This document shows positions 18,760 to 27,586 of a stretch of DNA of 64,000 nt, piece by piece. Source of the DNA: an uncultured Planctomycetota bacterium (lineage in GTDB: Bacteria; Planctomycetota; Phycisphaerae; Tepidisphaerales; Tepidisphaeraceae); contig CAWJEN010000005.1 in the NCBI GenBank assembly GCA_963841915.1, positions 480,001 to 544,000 on the forward strand, read 5' to 3'. Made by a program: the position numbers and the translations under genes. Positions within the stretch are counted from its first letter, which is position 1, and every line of letters begins with the position of its first letter. The notes below the pieces were generated by a model. The model was given only the letters and a program-made list of their open reading frames with translations, was not told where the DNA came from and did no database searches.

Positions 18760-19001
18760 AGACGCCGCGTCGTGCGGCGTCCTTGCTCCGGTGACGGCGC
18801 GATAGGCGAGCTCTGGCGGGGTTTCCATATCGAGCAGTTAAGATCAGGGCTAGGAGGCGGCCGATGAGGGCGTCGGCCGCGCGGCGTCGCGTTGAGACGG
18901 CAGAGTCGCCCGGATACCCGGAGGTTCGTGTCGACGGCGTGGCAGCATCGGTCGCCCGCACCGGTCTCGGCGGCCACGATGACCTCCGGCGGTGTCTCCC
19001 G

Positions 19002-19269
19002 CATGCCCTTGGACGTTGGAAAGGTGCCCTTACGACTCAAAAACATACCCTTGGAACTCGGAAAGGTGCCTTTGCGACTTAGAAACATGTCCCTGGAAGT
19101 TGGAAGGGTGCCCCTACGACTGAGAAACATGCCCTTGGAAGTTGGAAGGGTGCCCTTACGACTCAGAAACATGTCTTTGTAAGTCAGAAGGGTACCTTTA
19201 TGACTCGGAAACATGCCCTGAGAAGTCAGAAACATACCCTTACAGAAACATACCCTTAGAACTTTCCAG
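19002..19269. repeat. 21-bp tandem array with alternating A/B units (42-bp period), about 13 units
   Basis: A is about CATGCCCTTGGAAGTTGGAAA and B about GGTGCCCTTACGACTCAGAAA; unit 12 is shortened to 16 bp. Confidence 0.92.
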
Positions 19270-19403
19270 GGATTCCCTGACATCGTTGCCAGTCGACCAA
19301 CGGCCTTTGTATCGGAACCGGCTCGATCTGTGGCCCGCGTTCAAGGGACGCCGACCGCTGGTCGTCGTGTGGGCCATGGACGCGGAAGCGAGCGACGTCG
19401 TGC

Positions 19404-19437
19404 GGGGAGTGGGGAGCGGGGAGTGAGGGGGGAGGGA
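19404..19437 (+). repeat. G-rich heptamer repeat
   Basis: GGGGAGT GGGGAGC GGGGAGT GAGGGGG GAGGG. Confidence 0.7.
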
Positions 19438-19630
19438 ACTGCTGCCGACGCAGCCGACAGTGAGGGAGCTGGCGGGGCGGGTGAACGCGACGGCGCGAAG
19501 CGGTCGAGCAGACGTGAAGGCAAGGGTCGAAGGAGGATGGAGCTTTGGAGCGACCAAAGCCCACCCTTCAGCTCGCTCTGCTCCTGCCCGATCCGTCCGG
19601 TTCGCCCGTTCGCGTTCTCCGGCCTGCGTC

Positions 19631-20828
19631 TCAGACCACGTCCGACAGGGGGACGACGGCCTGTTCCTTGGCTGACCTGGTCACGGCGGCGAGGACGCGT
19701 TGGGTTTCGTAAGCGTCGGCGAAGTCGGGCATCGGCACAACGGCCTTCTGACCGGCGATCAGGCTCGCCATGTCGGCGGCCTGGTTGACGAAGGAGTGCT
19801 CGTAGCCGATGTGGTGCGCGGTCGGCCAATAGGCGCTGGCGTACGGGTGGCCGGCGGCACCGTTGCTGACGTGGATCGTGCTCCAGCCCTGCACAGCGTC
19901 GTCGAGGGTGTTGTCATACCACTCGAGCTCGTTCATCCGCTCGAAGTTCCAGATCAGGGCGCCTTTCTCGCCGTGAATCTCGAGGCGGTTGTTGTTCTTG
20001 TGGCCGGTTGAGAGGCGGGTCGCTTCGAAGGTGGCGATCGCGCCGCCGGTGAGGCCTGCGGTGAAGAGGACGGCGTCGTCGACGGTGCTTTTGCCCGTTT
20101 TTTGGGAACCGCCAGAGCCTTTGCCGCTGATCTCGCCGCCGACGCCTTCGGGAATGGGGCGTTCTTCGATGAACGTTTTGAGTATTGCGCCGCCGACGGT
20201 TTCGAACTCGAGGCCGGTGACGAAGCGGGCGGCGTCGATGGAATGGGCGCAGAGGTCGCCGAGGCTTCCGCTGCCGGCGACGTCACCTTGAAACCGCCAG
20301 ACGAGCGGGGCGTCCGGGCCGCCCCAGTCCTGGAGGTAGAAGCCGCGGACGTGGTAGATGCGGCCGAGTTTGCCGCTTTTGACCAATTGGTGGGCAAAGG
20401 CGAGTGCCGGGCAGCGGCGGTAGTTGTACCAGACGAACGTTTGCCCCTTGGCTTTGGCGGCGGCGTCGCGCATTTCACGTGCGCCGTCGAGCGTGTTGGC
20501 CAGCGGCTTCTCGCAGGCGACGTGCCGCCCGGCTTCGAGAGCAGCGAGGCTCATGTCCCTGTGAACATGGTTGGGCGTGCCGATGTCGACCAGATCGATG
20601 TCCTCATTGGCGATGGCTGCCTTCCAATCGACGCTCGCGTTGTGCCATCCCCAACGTCTGCGGAAGGTCTCGAGCTCGTCGCGATCGCGGCCGCAGACGG
20701 TGTGCATGACAAACGGCCGCGGAAGGCTCAAAGAACCTGCCGGCCTGGCTGTAGGCGTTGGAGTGGGTGCGGCCCATGAACTTCTGGCCGATGAGACAGA
20801 CGTTGATGGGCTTGGCGTCGGCGGGCAT
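19631..20828 (-). pseudogene. Gfo/Idh/MocA oxidoreductase with a +1 frameshift near codon 34 (pseudogene or assembly error)
   Basis: N-terminus INVCLIGQKFMGRTHSNAY..RFFE is in one frame and LPRPFVMHTVCGR...HVACEKPL...DLCAH in another; span 1198 bp = 3n+1. Confidence 0.8.
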
Positions 20829-20927
20829 CGAAGCGTTATACAAGCAACCCGCACGGCCGTGCACGCTCGGGTTTCACACGCGGCTTCGTGCGGCCCGGCT
20901 TACTGTGCTGACGTGCGGCGAGCGAGG

Positions 20928-22418
20928 ATGCCCATCATCGCGGGGCTGTTGTCGCTCGTCTTCTTTCTGCCGGGGCTGACGTGGGGGCTGCCTTCGCGGA
21001 ACACGGACCGATACCTGTTCGGCGAGCGGACACCGTGGACTGGCAGGGAGCTTGTTGCCCTTGCCGGATCACTCGATGCCAACGCCGCAGCAGACGTTGA
21101 TCGTGCTACGGATGCCGGACGGTGGCTCAATGACACCGACGCAAAGCGGGCGGAGATCGTTATCAGGTATCGGCTTTACAGCCAACAACCCGATGAGATG
21201 CTCACGCTGCGCGCGGTTGCCTCGATGGCGGCGAGACGATCCACCGACCCGCAGTTTTACACCTACGGCGGCTTGTGGACCTATCCCGCAGCAGGGCTCA
21301 TCGGCGTCGCGTCGCTGCTCGACATCATCGAACGCGGCGACCTGGCGTTTTACCTCGATCAGCCGAGCGAGTTTGCCAAGATGTACGTCGTCATGCGGCT
21401 GTACGCAGCGGCGTGGGCGGCAATCGGGGCGGCACTGATGTACGTCATCGTGCGGCGGCTGACGCGACAGGCGTGGCTTGGTCTGGCGGCGGCCGTCACG
21501 TTTTCGCTATTACCGGCTATAAACATCGCGGCCCACGAGGCCAAGCCGCACTTGCCCGGTGCGGTGCTCGTGCTGGCGGCGGTCGCGGCGGCCGATGCGT
21601 ACCGACGACACGGGCGGACCAGACATCTACTGCTTGCCGGCGGACTTTCAGGGGCAGCGGCAGGCATGGTCGTGACCATGGCCGTCAGCTTCATCGTGCT
21701 GCCTGCTGCGTGGTGGATGCGAAGGCGTAAAACGCGGCCGGCGATGCTGGGCGTTGCTTGCGTGCTCAGCGTTGCCGTCTTCGTCGTGACGAATCCATTT
21801 GCAGTTCTGAACGCCACCGCCCTCGGCAGCAACGCCAGCAACACCGCCGACCACTACGTCATTGGCTTGAACGCTTTCGACGCGGCGATGGGGTTTTTGC
21901 TCTACGGAGGTATGTTTGTCGTACCGATCGGCGGCGTAGTGTTGCCGCCACTGTGGTTCATGCGTCGGCGGGTGCGGCCGATGCTGGTACTGCTCGGCCT
22001 GCCGTCGTTAGTGATGCTGGTGGCTTTTGCGGTGACCGCAGAAGGTCGGCCGCCCGATCATGTCAGGTTCGCGTTGCTGCCGATTTGCATGGCCATCATC
22101 GTGACGTACGCACTGATTCCGCTCCTGTCGCTAGCACGCGGCCGACTCATCGCGGTTGGTCTGCCGATCGTGTTGTTGGTGTTCTCGCTCGTCTCTGAAG
22201 ATCGATGGCTGAGCGAATTTGTAGCAAATGTTCGCTCGGGCGGCGTCAGGGCTGAGGTAGCCGACGCGCTGACCGAGTTGCCGGGTGGCGTACTGACGGT
22301 TCCGGCGACGCCGGCTCCTTACGTCGTTCCCGCCTTCGATCTTTGGGCGTGGCAAGCCACCAAAGGTGATGCGGCGCCGGACGCCACGATCTGGTTTCCC
22401 CCGAAGCATGGACGATGA
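20928..22418 (+). CDS. Polytopic membrane glycosyltransferase (GT-C, ArnT/PMT-like)
   Basis: WGLP, QPDE loop, DPQFYTYGGL, AHEAKP, many transmembrane helices. Confidence 0.7.
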   Translation: MPIIAGLLSLVFFLPGLTWGLPSRNTDRYLFGERTPWTGRELVALAGSLDANAAADVDRATDAGRWLNDTDAKRAEIVIRYRLYSQQPDEMLTLRAVASMAARRSTDPQFYTYGGLWTYPAAGLIGVASLLDIIERGDLAFYLDQPSEFAKMYVVMRLYAAAWAAIGAALMYVIVRRLTRQAWLGLAAAVTFSLLPAINIAAHEAKPHLPGAVLVLAAVAAADAYRRHGRTRHLLLAGGLSGAAAGMVVTMAVSFIVLPAAWWMRRRKTRPAMLGVACVLSVAVFVVTNPFAVLNATALGSNASNTADHYVIGLNAFDAAMGFLLYGGMFVVPIGGVVLPPLWFMRRRVRPMLVLLGLPSLVMLVAFAVTAEGRPPDHVRFALLPICMAIIVTYALIPLLSLARGRLIAVGLPIVLLVFSLVSEDRWLSEFVANVRSGGVRAEVADALTELPGGVLTVPATPAPYVVPAFDLWAWQATKGDAAPDATIWFPPKHGR

Positions 22419-22489
22419 GTTGGGCTAATCCGCCGATTGAGCTGCGGGTCGATCCTGACTAGAACTAGAGACGGTCATCTTCAGGTATG

Positions 22490-22610
22490 GCGTGGGACCT
22501 GGTGCCACGGCTTGAGCCGCCTTGTGCGGCGGGCAAATCGTGCCACGTCTTACGGCGGGAATTCGGTCCGGCTTACCCGCAACAGAATGAGGCTCAAAGC
22601 GGGGCCGCAA
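22490..22610. ncRNA. Candidate structured RNA with a 6S-like rod core
   Basis: Nested complementarity TTGAGCC (22512-18)/GGCTCAA (22591-97) and GCGGG (22529-33)/CCCGC (22576-80) in a non-coding gap; closing stem unclear. Confidence 0.35.
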
Positions 22611-22653
22611 ACGACAACGGGTCACTCGCGGCTTGCGAGCGACCCGTTGTCGT
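22611..22653 (-). terminator. Terminator hairpin downstream of rpmB
   Basis: 19-bp stem on the minus strand (one G-U pair), 5-nt loop, short U tail. Confidence 0.75.
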
Positions 22654-22705
22654 GGATCAGGTGGTGCGAGCGGGCACGCGGCCCGTCGCACCGAGGGTTG
22701 TGCGA

Positions 22706-22969
22706 TTACTCCTTCGCGTCGCCAGGACGCCATGTCCGCTTCTGCGGCTTGACGACAAGACCATTGCGGATGGCCTTGGCACTGGCGTAGACGCGGACGA
22801 CGCGGCCGTCGATGACAGCGCGGACCTTGTGCAGGTTCGGCTTGAACTTGCGCTTCGTGACGCCCGTGATCTTGGTGCCGACGCCGCCAAGGTACTTGGC
22901 CTTGCCGCGAAGCGTCATGCTGCGACCAATCTTCGTCTTCTTACCGGTAAAATGACACTGATAGGGCAT
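22706..22969 (-). CDS. rpmB: 50S ribosomal protein L28
   Basis: CHFTGKK..RGKAKYLGGVGTKITGVTKRKFKPNL. Confidence 0.95.
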   Translation of the reverse strand: MPYQCHFTGKKTKIGRSMTLRGKAKYLGGVGTKITGVTKRKFKPNLHKVRAVIDGRVVRVYASAKAIRNGLVVKPQKRTWRPGDAKE

Positions 22970-23118
22970 GGTCGTCTCAAGCGTGGCGGGGACACTAGGC
23001 GCGGCGGAGGTATTGTCGACAGTCGGATAGCAAATGGCCGTCGTTTCATCGTACGAGACGGGCCGGGGCGACTTGGCGTCGCCCCGGCCCAAGTTCCGCA
23101 CCCCAAAGTCAGGTGAAC

Positions 23119-26100
23119 TTAGTTGCCGCTCGGGGCGAGCAGCGGGAAGGTTTCCTGCTCGATCTCACGCTGGATGATGATCTTGGGACGAACCAGGATG
23201 AGCAGGACCTGCTCGTCCTTGGCACGCGACGTGTTGCTGAAGAGCCGCTTGAGGAACGGCACCTTCGACAGGATCGGCACGCCCGACTCAAGCTCGACCG
23301 AGCCGCTGATGGTCTGGCCGCCCAGCAGCAAGGTGCCGCCGTCGGGGACGCTGACGGTCGTGGCCAGCTGCGTGGTCTCGAAATCGACGAGCTGCAGGAA
23401 GCTGGGCGGTGAGGCACCGCCGAACGCACCGGTGATGATGCCGCCGTCACCGCCACCATCAACGCCGCCCTGGTTGTCGATGCCGCCAGTGACTTGGAAC
23501 GTCGTGATGCCGTTGATGCGTTGTAGCTGCGGTTCGAGTGTCAGCGTGACGTACCGACGGTCGGCACTGACCGTTGCTTGGACCGCCAGCAGAATGCCGT
23601 CCTGGATTTCCTCGATCTGCGGGTTGTAACCGACCACACCGGAGGCCACGACGGCCTCTAGCTCGGCCACGTACTGCTGACGACGCTGCACCGCCACATA
23701 CGCCTGCTGGCCGTTGAACAGCGTGATATTGGGTGCTGTGAGCGACTGCACGTCACGCCGCTGCTGGACGGCTTCGATCAGAATGTTGGCCTGGAAGTCG
23801 TCAAGGAATCCGCTGAACTGCGTGCTCAGGGCCTGCCCGGCCGCCGGATCAAACGAAGCACCGAGGTTGCCCGGAGCACCGGTGATGAGGCCGGTCGGGT
23901 TCGTAAACGAGTTGTTCGACTGGTTGACGGTGATTGGGCCGATGCCGGGGTTGCCGGGACCTGCCTGAGCGCCGTTGAAGTTGAAGCGGAAGTCGAAATC
24001 GACACCGATTCGCTCGAGGAAGTTGCGCTGCACGGTCAGGAAGCGGGTCTCGACGTTGACCTGGATGGCCCGCGTCTCACGCAGCTTGCTGAGGAGTTGG
24101 GTGACAGCACGCAGGTTTTCGCTGGTCTGCGTGATGACGAGCTGGCCGTTGAGTTCCGCGATGGCACCAATGGTGCCGCCGTTGGTCTTCCAGGAGTCGC
24201 TGGCGACGGTTTCGCGGATAAGGTCGATGATTTCTTCGATCAGCTCCTCGCGGTCCTGTTCGTTGTCACCGCCGCCACCACCTCCGCCGCCACCACCACC
24301 AAACCCACCACCTCCACCTCCGCCGCCACCACCGCCGAAGCCACCTCCGCCTCCGCCTCCGCCTCCGCCGCCAAATCCGCCGCCACCACCTCCGCCACCA
24401 CCGCCACCACCGCCTTGGCCGCCTATGTTGGCGTCCTCAGCGTCGAAGTCGGGGATCGGGACGATGAGGTCACGGATGTCGATGACCTGCGTCTGGACAT
24501 TCTTGCTGAGGTCCTCGACGGTGCTGATCGTGATGATGCCGTCATCGACGGTGTAGTCGAGCTGGGCGAATCCGCTGCCGAGCTGGTTGAGCGTCAGCTC
24601 GATGACCTTGCCCAGCGACACGTTTCCAGGCACGTTGAGCGAGACTTCTGCACCACGTTGAATGCCGAGCAGTTCGAGCTCCGCGTAGTTGACGAAGATG
24701 CCTGCACTGGTCGCGTTACGCAAGAAGTCGACCACGTCGTCGAAGGGCACCTGGTCGAACTCGACGGGCGTGCCGATGGGCGACTCGAGCTGGGCGATCA
24801 GGGCCGAGTCGGCCTCTTCAGCGCCACGCTCGTCACTGACGGTGCGATCACGGACGGCGACCAGGTCGGGCCAGTTCTCCGGGTAACGGAGAATATCGCT
24901 GTACGGGATTCGCTTTTCCTGGGCGTCGGTGAAGACGCTGGCCTTTTCGCGCCGCATGCCGAGGTAGTGCTGCCGCTGCCGCTTGAGCAGGGCCGCGTCC
25001 TCGATGAAGGGTCGCACGCCGATGGCGTAGTCGTTGTTCGGGTCGATCGTCAGGATCTGATTCAGCAGGGCCAGGGCGGCCTCGAACTTGCCGTCTTCGA
25101 TGGCCAGCTGCGAGTCGTCGATCAGGCGTTCGACAGTCGCTCGAGTCTCACGTTCGCGATCTTCTGCACGACGTCTTGCTTCGTCCTCCGCGCCACGCCG
25201 ATCCTCCTCACGCTGCCGTTCGGTGATATTCTGTCGCCGCTCGTCCAGGGTGCGGCTCAGCGTCTGGATCTGTGTATCGAACTGATTCCGCTCTTCGGCA
25301 CTGAAGATGAGCGGGTTGACATTCGCAGCCGTTCTGGCCTGCTGCAGGGCGATCTCGGCGTTGCTGAAGTCGTTGTTGGCCGTCGCGACGCGGGCGCTAC
25401 TGATGGCCTCGTTGAAGCGGAAGCGAATAAGCTGCCGTTGGGTCTCTCGGCCTTCCCGGAATTCGCCAAGGCCATTGCTCTCGACCTCCGGCGACCCCTC
25501 GATCGGATCAATCGTGTCTTCGAGCTGCGGGTTGAGCCGGCGGACCTCGCGGAACGCGGCGGCGGCTTCGGCCTCGTCGCCCTCGCGCTGAGCCGTCAGA
25601 CCACGATCAAGTTGGGCCAAGGCCTCACGACGGTCGGCCTCGCTGGCATCGGCGACGGGCGTCTCGGCACGGTCGGCCTCGCGGGCCAGACGCTGCTCCA
25701 CACGACGCAGCACATCGTCAATCGACTCTTCGAAAAGACCCGGCTGGTAGTCAGCGGCCTCGGCCTGCTCGAGCAGCTTTTTGGCCTCGACAAACTCCAT
25801 CGCCCGGTAGGCGGCCATGCCCTTGAGGTACGTCTCGCGAGCATCGCCCACCGCAACCTGCTCGGGGGCCGGACCGGCCGGCTCGACGACGGGCACTTCG
25901 GCAACTTCAATGGCTGGCACCTCGACCACCTCGGCTGCCTGATCGGAAGCAGCATTGCCCTCGGGCATCGCCGTCTCGCCCTCAATCACGACCACCTCGG
26001 CTGGTGCGCCGCCATCACGGGCACCTTCGAGCTGGCCGAGAATCACGATCGGCGACGGGCCAAAGGCACCGGCCTGGAAGCCCATCGCGTCGAGCGCCCG

Positions 26101-26712
26101 CAGCTTGATGCGGGCATCTTCGCTGCGACCGGCCTCGACATCGGCGACGGCTGCCTCGTAGTAGCCTTGGTCGTTGCCGTAGCTCTCGTTGATTTCCCCG
26201 CGAAGCTCGGCGGTAGCGACGGCGGACAGCTCACGGGCTTTGGCCTGCGTGGCGGCATCGGCCATGCGGTTGTCGCTCGTCGCCTTCAATGAGGCGAGGG
26301 CTTCGGCGTAACGCTCCTGCTCGATAAGGGCTTGGGAGGTCGCAATGCCCTCTGCGGCGGCTTCGCGATCGGCCAAAGCCGACTCGCTGCGGGCCATCAG
26401 TGAGGCATGTTCGGCCTGAGCGTCGGCGTCGAGCGACTCGACGCTGATAGACCGAAGCAGCACGCGCGCGGCGGCGTACTCAGAACGTTCGACCCGCAGA
26501 CGGGCCAGGTCGAGCAGCGCGACGTCGCTGAAGCCTTCGCCGTCGTCGAGAACGGCAAACGCGCTGGCGACAGGCGTCAACGGCGTGACCGGCAACGCGA
26601 AGGCGGCGGCGGCGACGGCAGCGGCGGCAGCGGCAACGGCCAGGCGGCCGCGACGACGCGGGGTGGTCGAGGCGTCCGAGAACGACGATGTGGCGGTGCG
26701 GAAGTCAGTCAT
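23119..26712 (-). CDS. Large secretin (GspD/PilQ family, planctomycete type) with TPR-like N-terminus
   Basis: IIDLIRETVASDSW, QVNVETRFL, LTAPNITLFNGQ, TTVSVPDGGTLLLGG, GVPILSKVPFLKRLF, LLILVRPKII. Confidence 0.9.
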   Translation of the reverse strand: MTDFRTATSSFSDASTTPRRRGRLAVAAAAAAVAAAAFALPVTPLTPVASAFAVLDDGEGFSDVALLDLARLRVERSEYAAARVLLRSISVESLDADAQAEHASLMARSESALADREAAAEGIATSQALIEQERYAEALASLKATSDNRMADAATQAKARELSAVATAELRGEINESYGNDQGYYEAAVADVEAGRSEDARIKLRALDAMGFQAGAFGPSPIVILGQLEGARDGGAPAEVVVIEGETAMPEGNAASDQAAEVVEVPAIEVAEVPVVEPAGPAPEQVAVGDARETYLKGMAAYRAMEFVEAKKLLEQAEAADYQPGLFEESIDDVLRRVEQRLAREADRAETPVADASEADRREALAQLDRGLTAQREGDEAEAAAAFREVRRLNPQLEDTIDPIEGSPEVESNGLGEFREGRETQRQLIRFRFNEAISSARVATANNDFSNAEIALQQARTAANVNPLIFSAEERNQFDTQIQTLSRTLDERRQNITERQREEDRRGAEDEARRRAEDRERETRATVERLIDDSQLAIEDGKFEAALALLNQILTIDPNNDYAIGVRPFIEDAALLKRQRQHYLGMRREKASVFTDAQEKRIPYSDILRYPENWPDLVAVRDRTVSDERGAEEADSALIAQLESPIGTPVEFDQVPFDDVVDFLRNATSAGIFVNYAELELLGIQRGAEVSLNVPGNVSLGKVIELTLNQLGSGFAQLDYTVDDGIITISTVEDLSKNVQTQVIDIRDLIVPIPDFDAEDANIGGQGGGGGGGGGGGGGFGGGGGGGGGGGFGGGGGGGGGGGFGGGGGGGGGGGDNEQDREELIEEIIDLIRETVASDSWKTNGGTIGAIAELNGQLVITQTSENLRAVTQLLSKLRETRAIQVNVETRFLTVQRNFLERIGVDFDFRFNFNGAQAGPGNPGIGPITVNQSNNSFTNPTGLITGAPGNLGASFDPAAGQALSTQFSGFLDDFQANILIEAVQQRRDVQSLTAPNITLFNGQQAYVAVQRRQQYVAELEAVVASGVVGYNPQIEEIQDGILLAVQATVSADRRYVTLTLEPQLQRINGITTFQVTGGIDNQGGVDGGGDGGIITGAFGGASPPSFLQLVDFETTQLATTVSVPDGGTLLLGGQTISGSVELESGVPILSKVPFLKRLFSNTSRAKDEQVLLILVRPKIIIQREIEQETFPLLAPSGN
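24268..24423 (-). repeat. Poly-Gly/(Gn-F) low-complexity linker inside the secretin
   Basis: GGQ followed by four Gly runs separated by Phe; mixed GGC/GGT/GGA codons. Confidence 0.9.
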
Positions 26713-27120
26713 GAGACCCTCAAGCGAGGATGGCGCGGGGGTGCAGCCCGGCATGGGTGGGCAATAGGCGGACGCGGCCCGGACGGGCCACAGAAAGTCG
26801 AGCGTCAGGTTGTCGCGCGGCCGGTCGCCGCGACAGTCGCAGGTCGCCGGAGCGGGCGGGGGCCGACGCGTCGGCGTGCTCCGACAGAGATGGCGTCGCC
26901 CGGCTCCTCCGCGTGCCGCGGGGGGCGACGGACCCGGACCGATGACATGCATCTGCCCGGCGTCAAGTGTCAAGATAGCGGTGTCCGTCGGCGGGTGCAA
27001 CCGTCCGGCCCCCTACGCATGGTCGCAAGGCACGTCCGGTAGTGCCTGTCCTGCCAGACCTGCAAACAACGCATCACGCCCGCCAATCTTTTGACGACCC
27101 GGTAGACGATAAGGAACAGC

Positions 27121-27567
27121 ATGAAGCCCCTTCTAAAACGACTCCTGTTCGGTGGCGTCGGTGGTGGAACCCTGTGGGCCGACCTGGCTCTGGCCCTTCC
27201 ACGCATCTACGGCGGCGCCATGCTCGCCTTCGGTCACGGCCTCTCCAAGGTCCCCGTCTCCGACGAATTTGTGAGCAACGTCGGCTCGATGGGCTTCCCG
27301 GCCCCGACCGCCAGCGCCTGGTTGGCCGCCTTGGGCGAACTCGTCGGTGGCATTCTGCTCGCGCTCGGCCTGCTGACGCGATTTGCCGCCTTGTGGGTCG
27401 TGGGCGTCATGGCGGGGGCAGCCTTCGTCACCCATGGAGCCAGCTTCACGGGTGAAGCCCCGTTGGCCGAGGCAGAGATGGCATTGCTATATCTCGTGAT
27501 CGCGTTGCCATTCATCGTGATCGGGAGCGGTCGCACCGGAATCGACCGGTTCCTTCGCAAGGCTTGA
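27121..27567 (+). CDS. DoxX family membrane protein
   Basis: HGLSKV, GELVGGILLALGLLTR, EMALLY, GSGRTGID. Confidence 0.9.
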   Translation: MKPLLKRLLFGGVGGGTLWADLALALPRIYGGAMLAFGHGLSKVPVSDEFVSNVGSMGFPAPTASAWLAALGELVGGILLALGLLTRFAALWVVGVMAGAAFVTHGASFTGEAPLAEAEMALLYLVIALPFIVIGSGRTGIDRFLRKA

Positions 27568-27586
27568 GGGCGTTGCAGCGCTCCGC

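Noticed and set aside
19002..19269. CRISPR array
   Set aside because: Units are contiguous degenerate tandem repeats with no unique spacers, and there are no cas genes in the window
8765..19630. Prophage or integrative element
   Set aside because: No integrase, transposase, phage gene, tRNA target or terminal direct repeats recognised
24097..26292. 731-aa plus-strand ORF
   Set aside because: Antisense shadow of the secretin gene, as expected in high-GC DNA; no recognisable motifs
26713..27120. Riboswitch or tRNA in the long secretin/DoxX intergenic region
   Set aside because: Only short GC-rich hairpins; no recognisable tRNA arms or riboswitch consensus
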